From Octopus sinensis (taxonomy: Eukaryota), in NCBI RefSeq assembly GCF_006345805.1, contig NW_021834984.1, positions 1 to 47,130 of the forward strand: a DNA stretch of 47,130 nucleotides, in the 5' to 3' direction. The notes below the pieces were generated by a model. The model did not search any database. It was not told the origin of the DNA and was given only the letters and a program-made list of their open reading frames with translations. Of the stretch, positions 26,135 through 37,623 are shown piece after piece. Numbering within the stretch: the stretch's first letter is position 1; each line of letters starts with the position of its first letter. The translations under genes and the position numbers were made by a program.

Positions 26135-26465
26135 TAAAGACACCCTTGATCATGAATGAATGTAGGATTGCACCTAGAAAGTTACCCTCCCAGGCACAAG
26201 TCCGGGCAAGGGTGTTTATGGAAGACTTGAAATTGCCCATGCATACCGGCCTCCCCTCTCCACGCCACCAGTGTTATCCAAGGGAAAGGCAAAGGGGCCG
26301 ATACAGCTTGGCACCAGTGACAAATCGCAACTCATTTCTACAGCTGAGTGAACTGGAGCAACGTGAAATAAAATGTCTTACTCAAGAACACAACACGCAG
26401 CCCAGTCCCAGAATCAAACTCACTATATTATGATTGTGAGCCTAACACTCTAACTACTGAGCTAT
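26135..26465 (-). mobile_element. tRNA-derived SINE with a CORE-like domain
   Basis: Minus strand 'atagctcagtagttagagtg...gtttgattctggga' followed by 'ttcacgttgctccagttcactcagctgtagaaatgag'. Confidence 0.65.
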
Positions 26466-26470
26466 CTATG

Positions 26471-26501
<31 letters not shown>

Positions 26502-26977
26502 TATGTAAAAAAATACAAACTGGGACAAGAACACAAAAATTTAGAAGAGGATACAAAAAACACGGACGGGTCATTCAAAGCCTTTAATCTTCAGTCAAGA
26601 ACCGGATCATCCTTGCAATTTCGGCTGATGAAATATATATATACAGAAACATACATATATAAATACACTCACACATGCACATTGATATACTGGTACTGAC
26701 TGACAGAGAAGTGGCTGGTGTGGCTGTGTGATTAAGAAGTGTGAAGTCATTCACAGGCCCCTAATGTGTTAGCCTACATGTTAAAGTGAACAAAATGTCT
26801 TCCTGGACTATCTATACGATAAACGATCTTATCACACACACACACATGGATTCTTTGGAACATGTTAAATATGAGTGTGTATGAATATAATTTATTCACC
26901 ATTGATACAACTGACATTATATACCCTTCTCTCTCTATCTCCATCCATCCATCCATCTCTCTCTCTCTCTCTCCTCT

Positions 26978-27027
<50 letters not shown>

Positions 27028-27420
27028 TGTGTGTCTATATATATATGTACATACATATGCATATGGATATACAGACACACACATACACATACATACACAC
27101 ACACATACATGTATGTATGTATGTATGTATATAATATGTTTGTATATGTATATATGTAAATGTATACACACACACACACACAAATACATATATACATATA
27201 CACACACATATACATATATACATATACACATACATGCATATATATATATATAAAGATATATACATACATTCATACATATATATATATATGATTACAGATT
27301 ATGTTAATTATATCATTTCACCAATGTACTTTGGATGTAATGATGTGTGAAAACAATTGTACTGAATGTTATTCAATCCGTTCACATTGACTTGATGACA
27401 CTGTTCTACTGCATGGGCTT

Positions 27421-27455
<35 letters not shown>

Positions 27456-27680
27456 AATGAAGGATAAAATTTTTTTCGAAAAAAATTCTTTTCCCCCAAA
27501 AATTTTATCAATGGCCAGCATATCAAAAAATACCTTCAAAGGTTAAATCTATAACAATTCATAAATAAGGGCAAACGAAAAAATTTCTAATGCCAGATAT
27601 GCTGAAAAATTGTACATATTGTCCATTAACCATATAATTTTTTCACAATATGCACGCTACTCGAAAAAAGGTCGACAGAA

Positions 27681-27711
<31 letters not shown>

Positions 27712-27884
27712 ATAAATAGATGAGTGTATTTTACCTTGTTAACAATTAACACGGATAAATAATAAATAGTTACCATTTTTGAATAGTATCAGTGGAATTT
27801 TCGAACATATGTAGAAAGTAAAAATACTTGTTTAAAACTGCGTTAACTCCATTTTTTATTCATATATATATATGTAGGTATGTA

Positions 27885-27939
<55 letters not shown>

Positions 27940-27989
27940 TTTATACATATATATTTTTATGTAAATGTAATATGTGACAATTACTCGGT

Positions 27990-28060
27990 GGCCAAGATAA
28001 AGCTCTGAGTTTCGGATGCCGAGGTGAAATCCACACCACCATCTCTTCAGTTTTCTGGCC
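27990..28060 (-). ncRNA. Degenerate minimal type-I hammerhead ribozyme motif (PLE pseudo-LTR)
   Basis: Minus strand: ggccagaaaa CTGAAGA gatg...catcc GAAA ctcagag CT ttatcttggcc. Both core boxes are intact; U16.1 is changed to C. Confidence 0.65.
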
Positions 28061-28929
28061 ATCGGAAAAACGCTATGAAAAATTACCATTATACAAAGAG
28101 AAATTACTGTGTAATTGACCGCTATTTAGACAAAAGAGCTATTCGAGTGACCGCTTATTAAGGTAAGGCATTAAAAAGTTCATAGTATATGGGTAAGTGC
28201 ACCTGTTCATACGTACAACCACGTGCACCTGCACACCCACGTGCATATGCATACATTCATCCACCATCACTAGAAAAACGTACGCATCTTCACTCACATC
28301 TTTCGCCAAATGTATATGCATATACATACAAACCCACACATATTCACGCGCACCATAAAAGTTCATACATGCATCTACATGTGCACAAGCACAAGAAAAA
28401 ATAGGGTTATGGGTAACAATACAGAAAAAAGGCATGAGGGAGTATTCAAAGAGTAAACTATGTTCATATACGGACATACACTTATGCATGCACACGCACA
28501 CACGCTCATATATGCACATACCGGCACACATCTATATAGGTATACAAACACACGCACTCACAAAAAGGATTATACACACGTCTAAAAAAAATTACAAGAA
28601 AAATTGTAAAAACACTGAGTAAAATACGTCTATATATATATTTACTCGTATGCCCACACACACGCACACATCTATATACATACATACTCGCACACATGTA
28701 CACATCCACACGTGTGTACAAAGGATTCCATATACATGTCTATATAATCACAGGAAAAAATGCAGGGTGGAAGTAGAGTACAAAAAAAATTATTATGTGT
28801 AAAAAAATAATATATCTATAAACCAAATTCTCTATAATATATATATATAAATATATGAAAAAATAAAAGTAAAAAGTATAATGAGATAAAAAAAAAACTT
28901 GTGTGTGGACATAATATAGAAAGCAAGTT

Positions 28930-29548
28930 CTATCTGTAGTCTTGGGGGGACCAAAAATGTAACAAAAATTTGGTCATGTGGACATGATCCGAAAAGTTCT
29001 GTCCTTCAGTTTAGACATGTAGTAGTGTCTAAACTGCTTTTCCAGATAAGCCATCTTTCCATATTGCATAGACCGCACTTTCCACTGCTGTTGGTGTAGG
29101 GCTTACATTTGACTAAAATCTTCCAATGGATGTTGTAACTGACACCTTTATCTTTTAATGACCATATATGACTGGATAATTTGGTTGTTTTCCTTTTGTC
29201 CCTGTGCCTAAAGCTCAAGGTGTGATTATTGAACCTGGCCTTGAAATTACCCTCTGTAAGGCCCACGTATTTCTTAGTCAAAACCGTGTCTTTAGTGGGT
29301 ATAGAGTCCACAGTAGCTTCGTAGATGATGGTCTCAGACATGCAAGCTCCATTTAGTGGGCACAAATTTTTATCTCTGCATGTGTATTGTGGTTTTTGTG
29401 TGTTGTGTGCGATTATATTTTTTAAATTGGTAGTTGAGCTGAAACTGATTTTTAAGTTGTGCCAATTGAAGAGCTTCCTGTAACTATGGTTGACTGGAAA
29501 ATGTCTATCTATCAGTGCTAAGAAATATTTGCCTATATTGAAGGTCAC
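28930..29548 (-). pseudogene. PLE GIY-YIG endonuclease remnant
   Basis: NIGKYFLALIDRHFP...KLFN..NLKISFSST.N...YTCRDKNLCPLNGAC...IIYEATV...YVGLTEGNFKARFNNHTLSF...LSSHIWSLKD...WKIL...CGLCNMER...LN*RTELFGSC. Premature TGA at 29006-29008. Confidence 0.9.
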
Positions 29549-29579
29549 CTACGGTCATTTTTCATAGCATTTTTCCAAT

Positions 29580-29646
29580 GGCCGGATAACTGAAGGTGGT
29601 GTGGATTTCCACCTCGGCATCCGAAACTCAGAGTTTTATCATGGCT
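29580..29646 (+). ncRNA. Degenerate minimal type-I hammerhead motif (inverted pseudo-LTR copy)
   Basis: ggccg gataa CTGAAG[deletion]gtggtgtggatttccacctcggcatcc GAAA ctcagag TT ttatc atggct. Stem I gataa/ttatc is perfect; the first core box is truncated by a deletion. Confidence 0.6.
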
Positions 29647-29774
29647 ACCGAATAATTGTCACATATTACATTTACAAATAAATTCCTTTATTTATATAAT
29701 ATTGAGATCTCTTTCTTTCTTTTGTTATCTTACCGTTTTTACCGATATATATATATATACATATATATCTATAT

Positions 29775-29822
<48 letters not shown>

Positions 29823-29845
29823 ATATATATGTATATATATATATC

Positions 29846-31151
29846 TTTTAAGCAACTGACCCTGAATGGGAAGATCTTTAAACAGATCTCTGACTGGTTT
29901 TGCAGAATTTGTTGCAATTGCTTCCTCCAGTGTTACAAAAAAATCATGTAAAAATAATTGCAGTAATGTAAGCATAGGAATCGAGAATTTCAGGATTGCA
30001 GGCTGGATTCAGCCAGTAATGTTTTTAATTTACTTATGGAGTTAGCCTTTAGAATATAAAAATTGTTATTGCACAAAAAGAATTTGTCGCAAAAAGTCAC
30101 TTAAAAAAACCACCAGGAATGATAACAGTAATGAAAACTTGGGAATCCAAAATTCCAGGATTGTGAGTCCAGATTCGGCCCAGAATATTTTTAATTTACT
30201 CATGGAGTCAGCCTGATTCCAAAATGGTATGATATGTTGGGCTACAGCCGCTAGGAGTAAAGTTGAAAATGTGTGACACACTGACACACTGACATTCACA
30301 TTTATTATATTATATAATTGTATTATATTAAGGTGGCGAGGAGCCAGAAACATTAGCATGCCAAGGGAAATGCTAAGTGGTATTTTGTCTGCTGTTATGT
30401 TTTGAGTTCAAATTCCACTGAGGTCAACTTTGCCTTTCAACCTTTTAGGGTTGATTAAATAAGTACCAGTTACATACTGGGGTCGACATAATCGACTTAA
30501 TCCCTTCTCCCAAAATTTGAGGCCTTCTACTTCCAGTAGAAAGGTTTATTAAAATCATTAGGTATGTTTAATTTTGGGGAAACTTTATTTCAATTAAAGT
30601 TTATTTTATGTGTGTGTGCGTGTGCATGTTGTGTGTGTGTGTGCGTGTGTGTGCGTGTGCATGTTGTGTGTGTGTGTGCGTGTGTGTGCGTGTGCATGTT
30701 GTGTGTGTGTGCGTGTGTGTGCGTGTGCATGTTGTGTGTGTGTGTGCGTGTGTGTGCGTGTGCATGTTGTGTGTGTATGTATTAAAGAAAGCTAAAAATA
30801 AAGCAAAAATGATAGTGTTCAGTCTGCTGGCGACATTTCTGTCAAAGAGACAAAGTTAAACAAAATTGTACATCATCTCCCTCTTCCCCCTCTTTTATTA
30901 TTACTCCCACTGCCACCATCAACACTACTACTTTTAATAAAGCATCATCAACTCTCCCTAAATTTCTTTGTCTCTCTTTCTCTCCCTCTCTCTGTCTGTC
31001 TGTTTTCGCCATTGCCTTCTCTGTCTCTATGCCTACTATTACTCTCACCCCATCATGAGGAATAGTAGGAGTTTCATTGAATTGTGAGAGAGAGGGTCTA
31101 GGTGTGACGCACTGATGCACAGAAATTAGTTTCTGCATTTATTATATTAGA
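29846..31151 (-). mobile_element. ~1.3-kb composite interspersed element, copy 2 (inverted relative to 14588-15835)
   Basis: ORFs 30066..30359(-) and 15323..15520(+) share NVSVSVCH.FSTLLL.AVAQHIIPFWNQAD.MSKLK. The internal microsatellite has expanded into a (GT)-based higher-order repeat at 30608-30780. Confidence 0.88.
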
Positions 31152-31193
31152 TATAGATATATATTTTTTATAAATTAGAACAAACAGTAAAAG

Positions 31194-31271
31194 GTTGCCA
31201 TTATAGTACTCGGAGTTTCAAATGCCAGAGTGAAGAGCTATGATACATTCTCATCGGCTATCAATGGTAAC
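31194..31271 (-). ncRNA. Minimal type-I hammerhead motif with one core substitution
   Basis: Minus strand: gttaccattgatag CCGATGA gaatg-tatcatagctcttcactctgg-cattt GAAA ctccgag TA ctataatggcaac. Long stem I and a GUA cleavage triplet; U4 is changed to C. Confidence 0.65.
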
Positions 31272-31712
31272 AGACACTATTAAACAGCATTAAATATAAG
31301 TGAAGATAAGATATATTATAAAAAATATAAAATATATATGTAAAAATATACACGCAACCATATTCTCAGAATACATAGACATAAACCTTCTGCATTCACA
31401 AAATCTACATACGTAATCACTCTCACAAACATGTATATGTACATGCACACACACACACAAACATATATGTATGTACGTACTCATACATATATATCCACAC
31501 ATGCATACACACATGTATATATATATATATATATAAAAAATACAAAAAGGGACAACAAAACATCCAGATAGACGATAGAAAGAAAACAAGGATGGGTCAT
31601 TCGAAGCTCCCTATCCTCAGTCAAGAACTGGAACATCCTCACAATTTTGGCTGATTAATCTTGAGATTGCTCCAATCTGGCCAACCCCAAGGAAGCAGCA
31701 TACGTACACTTT

Positions 31713-31763
<51 letters not shown>

Positions 31764-31881
31764 GTATATGTATTATATGTATGCAACCTCATCTTGACAT
31801 ACACATAGGTGCTTACATGACTACGCATAACATAATACACATATATTAGGCATTTATACATATAAATATAATGTATATATA

Positions 31882-31912
<31 letters not shown>

Positions 31913-32204
31913 CAGCCATACGTCCACACTCGAACATATACACACACACAAATACAAACATATGCATATTCGTATAAATGAAGGGGGTGTATGCATGAAA
32001 ATCACACATATGCACCGGACACTCATATACATACATATACACATACACATATATACACACATACTTCATATATATATATACATATAAACACATATGTACA
32101 CACTCACACAATTAAAAATGAAAAAATATATATTAAAACTTAATAGAATTTAAAACATAAGGGCAGGTTTGTGCAGGAACGTAGCAGAAATGTGGATTCT
32201 AGCC

Positions 32205-32408
32205 ATGATCGGGGGAGGGGGGCAAAACCGTTACAGGTATTTTGTGACATATGAACATGATCCAAAGAGTTCAGTTCTTGAATTTAAATATGTAGCAGGG
32301 TCTAAGTAAATTTTCCAGATGAGTGATCTTTCCATATTACAAAGACCACACTTGCAACTACTGCTGGTTTAAGGTTTACACTTGGCTAAGATCTTCCAGC
32401 AAATCTTG
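32205..32408 (-). mobile_element. Second PLE GIY-YIG C-terminal fragment
   Basis: Minus strand KICWKILAKCKP*TSSSCKCGLCNMERSLIWKIYLDPATYLNSRTELFGSC, a clear paralogue of the end of ORF 29006..29548. Confidence 0.85.
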
Positions 32409-32674
32409 CGTGTTTGTGAGTGTGTGTGTGTGTATGTGTGTGTGTGTGTGCGTGCGCGCGTGTGTGTGTGCACGTGTGTGTATACGTAAATGTAGAATGA
32501 TGAAAATAAGTGCTCAACACCACACTGATGGATAGAATTTCTTTATTTGTGTATTCGGCTACCATTAATTTCATACACACATTTATCTGTATATATATAT
32601 TTCTTCATTATTTCAGTTCAAATCTACATAAGTGATTCAACAGTGAAGAAGAGTTTCATATATATATAGACACA

Positions 32675-33650
32675 CAGGGGTCAGACAAAATAATGGAAAC
32701 ACCTACCATCATAGTCTCATAATTTTGAAATATCTATAAAACTGTCAAAATCTTGTTTATTTTTGTTTTTTGATTTATTACTAGTGTTGCTTAATATGTT
32801 TTATTACTATTGCTGTTTCTTTTCAGCTATCATCAGAAAAAGTTAATTAAAATGACAGATCTATTGGACTTTCAAAGAGGTCAAATTGTTGGTGCTCGTA
32901 TGGTAGGCGCTAGCATAATGAAGACAGCCGAAATGTTTGGTGTATCAAGAAGTACTGTCTAGAAAAAGTAATGACAGCCTTTGAGGAAGAGAGGAAAACC
33001 TCCTCATTGAAACAAAACTCCAGACGAGTCATCCTTTACCTTATTTATGACCACTGGCTGAGTACACGTGTGGAGACAGCCAAAAAAAGCATTTGACCCT
33101 GATTGCCTTCTTCTTCTACTATTAAACATGGATGGGGATCTCTGACGATCTGGGGGGGCTATATCTTGGAAATTCACCAGCTCAATGGTTTCCCTTCATG
33201 GCAGAATTAATAGTCAAGACTATATCAGTATTTTACCTCATCAAATGCAACCTATGGTTGCAGAACTGTTTCCGGAGGGAAACATAATCTTTCAGGATGA
33301 TAATGCACCAATTCACACAGCTAAAGTTGGTACTGAATAGTACAAGGAACATTCAAGTGAAGTTGAACATCTTATCTGGCCACCACAGTCCCCTGATCTC
33401 AATATTATTGAACATTTATGGTGCATTTTAGAAAAACAAGTTAGGAGTCAATATCCTCCACCATCATCACTACAAGAACTGGAGACTGTTTTAGCTGAAG
33501 AATGGACAAAAATTCCTTTGGAAACAATTCAAACTTTCTATGAGGGCCATACCTCATAGAATTCAAGCTGTAATTACTACCAAAGCAGACCTACACCATA
33601 TTAAAATAAATTTGTTTGATAAGGTGTTTCCATCATTTCATCCAACCCCT
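32675..33650 (+). mobile_element. Internally deleted Tc1 (DD34E-type) transposon with TIRs
   Basis: TIRs caggggtcagacaaaataatggaaacacct and aggtgtttccatcatttcatccaacccct. ATG at 32852 gives MTDLLDFQRGQIVGAR...TAEMFGVSRSTV*; later FQDDNAPIHTAK...WPPQSPDLNIIEHLW. Confidence 0.92.
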
Positions 33651-33656
33651 TATATA

Positions 33657-33714
<58 letters not shown>

Positions 33715-33717
33715 ACT

Positions 33718-34283
33718 ACATGTACTCAATATATATGCCTTGTGTATACACTTGTAGACTGTGAGTTAGCAAGGTAGGGATGATTTCTCAATGTGTTGGG
33801 GTTTAAAACAGTTAATAGTCACAGACAGGTGAGATAACCCACACCAAATCCTATTTAGGAGTGATGGAAATTGATATTTTGCCATTTTTGTGGCTCATAA
33901 ACATCATCTACCAGAAGTGAATTGCCAGTCTCTGATTGTATACAGATAGTGTAAGAACCATTTGCTGGTATGTCCCAATGATGCATACGTATGAAATTCC
34001 CAACTCATCATGGCATACCAGTAAATGATTCTTACAGTATTTGTATATAGTCAGAGACTGGTGATTCAGTTAGCCTTCAGTTTCGTCAAATACATGATGT
34101 TTATAAGGTACGATAATTACAAAACATTGATGTCCATTGCACCTGAATAGGTCTTGGTGTGGATTGTCTCACCTGTCTGTAACTTTCAAGAGTTTTAACA
34201 GCTGGCACTTTGAGGATGTCGTTCCCGTGGTGTTAAACCGCAGTCTACTGGCAAACAAGCAAGGCATATACATTGAGTATGTA
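33718..34283. repeat. ~565-bp imperfect foldback (MITE-like)
   Basis: Paired segments: tactcaatatatatgccttg/caaggcatatacattgagta, agacaggtgagataacccacacc/ggtgtggattgtctcacctgtct, ccagtctctga/tcagagactgg, tgtaagaaccatttgctggtatg/cataccagtaaatgattcttaca. Confidence 0.85.
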
Positions 34284-34479
34284 TAATATCCAAGTGGTTT
34301 CAAAGTATCAGCAGAGGGGTATCCAGGAGTCATGATCTGGATGCAGCCGAACCCCTGTAGAGTATAAAACGTTAAGAGCTGAAACACTTGTCTAAGAGGG
34401 TGGGATTTCTTCTCTGAAGATCTTCAACTGTTCGGTTCTCTTGAGAGTTTCTTACCACATATGACTATGTATGTATCAT

Positions 34480-34575
34480 TCACCTTTAGGGCTTTGGTCT
34501 TGTTCTTCCCAGAGACCAGGGATTGTTTCATTAGATCATAAGCAGATTTGCCCACAAAACCTCTGGTGAGAACCT
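34480..34575 (-). mobile_element. Small HERO-like REL-domain fragment
   Basis: Minus strand RGFVGKSAYDLMKQSLVSGKNKTKALK resembles the 'EVG.RGF...S' region of these elements. Confidence 0.4.
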
Positions 34576-34689
34576 ATATGGTGAGAACTAGATGTTTGGG
34601 CTGTCTCTATTTTGTCCGGAATGAAGTATTGGTGAACAGTCAACATTGTTAGCGTGCATAAAAAGTAGAATAGCAGGTGAGGAAAAGTT

Positions 34690-35010
34690 ATTTGCATCAT
34701 GATCATTTGTGCTGGTCATCAAAATGCTGACATCATGATCATTGCTTGTTTCTCTATGAACTCTGTAAAAGCTCGCCTACAATTCATGTAATGTTTCACA
34801 TAGCATGAAAATAAAGTTTCTTCAAATTGTGATGATCTTTGGGTGTGTCTCTGGTGAGGGTGATGTCATGTCACCCAACAACTTTGAACAGTTCCTTAGG
34901 CTCAGTTCAGGTGGTTGTGTGAAGCTGCTGAGGACTGTGGTCAAACTCTGGCTGGAGAGGACTGCCAGTGGAGAGCCATATATGTGGTAGTAGGATTTGG
35001 GTCCTTTGCC
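34690..35010 (+). mobile_element. DD37D/maT transposase fragment
   Basis: MKIKFLQIVMIFGCVSGEGDVMSPNNFEQFLRLSSGGCVKLLRTVVKLWLERTASGEPYMW**D matches 'KFP..VMV.G.VS.EGDVMPPH.F..GLR.N...Y...L..VVKPW......RPY.WQQD'. Confidence 0.8.
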
Positions 35011-35286
35011 AAGTTCACATGCTTTGTACAAACAGAACAGGATACAAAGAACAGAAAGAAAATGTGAACTGCACAAGTCCGGAGCCATCTCCTTGTCCTC
35101 AACTCCAGTAGATCAACAGAGCCTGAACTGTGGCAGAGCTATCCAAGGACACATCAAACTGACCTGCCATAGCTGGATATACTGTGACCCCCATCTTCAT
35201 CTCCCATGTGATGTCCTTGGTCATTGTATTGTCAACCACAACAAACGACATGGTTATATATGTGTATATATATATATATATATATC

Positions 35287-36570
35287 AAAACAAATCAAAA
35301 TAGATGAACATCAATGGAATCTGTATCTTTGTGGTACCAGTGCCGGTGGCACACACTTTGTGGTACCAGTGCCGGTGGCACACACTTTGTGGTACCAGTG
35401 CCGGTGGCACACAGAGAACCATCCGAACGTGGCCGTAGCCAGTTCCGCATCGACCGGCCTCCGTGCTGTGGGCACGTAACAAACACCATCCGATCATGGC
35501 CGTTCGCCAGCCTCATCTGGCACCTGTGTCGGTGGCACATAAAACACCTTCCAAGACCCGCAAGACTAGTCAGTCCCCTGTGCTACTTCCTTCTTTGTGA
35601 CCTTGTGAAGACCGGTTGAGGCAAGTGAAAATCAAATCAAATCAAAATAGACAAAATAGATGAACATCAATGGAATTTGTATCTTGTGGTACCAGTGCCT
35701 GTGGCACACAAGAAATCCATCAGTGCCGTAGTCAGTGCGGTGGGCACATGACAAACACCATCCGATCGTGGCCGTTCGCCAGCCTCATCTAGCACCTGTG
35801 TCGGTGGCACATAAAAACCACCATCCGAAGACCCGGCAAGACTATCAGGCCATAACCCATGGCCCCTACCTGGGACGTAGTCAGTCCACCTGTGCATACC
35901 TTCCTTCTTGTGACACTGTGAAGACCTGTTGAGACAAGTGAAAATCAAAACAAATCAAAATAGATGAACATCAATGGAATTTGTATCTTTGTGGTACCAG
36001 TGCCGGTGGCACGTGGCACATAAGAAAACCATCCGAACGTGGCCGTAGCCAGTACCCCCCCGCATCGACTGGCCTCCGTGCTGTGGCACGTAACAAGCAC
36101 CATCCGATCGTGGCCGTTTGCCAGCCTCATCTGGCACCTGTGTCAGTGGCACATAAAAACACCATCCGAGCGTGGCCGTCTGCCGCCTCGTCTGGCACCT
36201 GTGTCGTGTGGCACATAAAAACCACCATCCGAGCGTGGCCGTCTGCCAGCCTCGTCTGGCACCTGTGTCGGTGGCACATAAGAAACCATCCGAGCGTGGC
36301 CGTCTGCCAGCCTCGTCTGGCACCTGTGTCGGTGGCACATAAAAACACCATCCGAGCGTGGCGTTTGCCAGCCTCGTCTGGCACCTGTGTCGGTGGCACA
36401 TAAAATCACCCACTACACTCTCGGAGTGGTTGGCGTTAGGAAGGGCATCCAGCTGTAGAAACACTGCCAGATCTGACTGGACGGTGCAGCTTTCGGGCTC
36501 CCCAGACCCCCAGTTGAACCGTCAACCCATGCTAGCATGAAAGCGGACGTTAAATGATGATGATGATGAT
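35287..36570 (+). repeat. Family-B SINE with nested tandem amplifications
   Basis: A ~300-360-bp segment starting 'aaaatagatgaacatcaatggaat' occurs three times (~35297, 35654, 35957). A 29-bp unit occurs three times (35328, 35357, 35386). A ~60-bp array spans 36085-36405, followed by the RTE-type tail. Confidence 0.9.
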
Positions 36571-36585
36571 ATATATATATATATA

Positions 36586-36632
<47 letters not shown>

Positions 36633-36790
36633 TCACTTGTCAATGACAGATATATATATATATATATATTATACAAGAGAAAAAATATTTCAAAAAGAAC
36701 ACATCAAACATTTTGAGAAATCAAAAAGAGAGAAAAAAATAATTTTCCAATAAAATTAATCATATTCATATCACCTGTAACGAACTTTTT

Positions 36791-36830
<40 letters not shown>

Positions 36831-37419
36831 CGATACACACATACACATATAAGCATACACACATACATATATTCATACACACATACATATATTCATACAC
36901 ACACATTCGCACAGATATGTATGTAAATTGGTAAAAGATTTCCACTGATTTCACAAATGTTATCCAGTTGTTCCATCAATGCCTTCTTTTTGCATCAATG
37001 TGTAAGTAATCTAGTATTTCAAAGGTATGAGCACCCTTAATGTAATCCTCAGGTAGAACCACTATGGTAGTCTGACATGGTGCAACAAGGGTATGGTCTA
37101 AATTACAAGTCTTCCACATAAGTTTCTAACTATGCAATAACACCCATATGCCGCAGGGGTTGGACAAGGCTATGGTAAATTACACTTGTTCTGATACCGC
37201 ATCATCAGATAGGACATGCAACATAACAAGGCAATGATCAAAGCAAGAAGCAGTTCCTCTCCTCTGCTTCTCCAAACTCTGCTGCGAAGTGGCATAAATT
37301 TTTCCTCTTGCTTATCAGGCCTATTAATTAATTAATACTCACCACCCATAAGCTGAAAAAATCAAATGAATCACTTTGATTATTCATCCCATTGCTATCA
37401 TTGACTTATTATCACCACC

Positions 37420-37452
<33 letters not shown>

Positions 37453-37623
37453 GCCACCACCACCAACACTACCACTACCACCATAATTACCATAATTAAC
37501 TCCTTAATGTTAACAAGAACCAGATGGAACTTTTTGAAACAAAATTTTATAACCAGATGCCCTTCTTGTCACTAATCCATTTTTGTTGCATTTACAACAT
37601 CTATGTATATATATATGGATTAT

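Larger units (their letters stand above)
27955..29677 (-). mobile_element. 5'-truncated Penelope-like element with a 3' pseudo-LTR and an inverted 5' pseudo-LTR copy
   Basis: A GIY-YIG ORF remnant lies between two ~130-bp inverted repeats (27955-28088 and 29553-29677). The second repeat starts exactly where the ORF is truncated. Confidence 0.85.

Noticed and set aside
29006-29008. In-frame TGA as selenocysteine in the PLE ORF
   Set aside because: The paralogous fragment at 32.3 kb has TCA (Ser, LNSRTEL) at this position rather than Cys, and a frameshift follows. A simple nonsense mutation is more likely.
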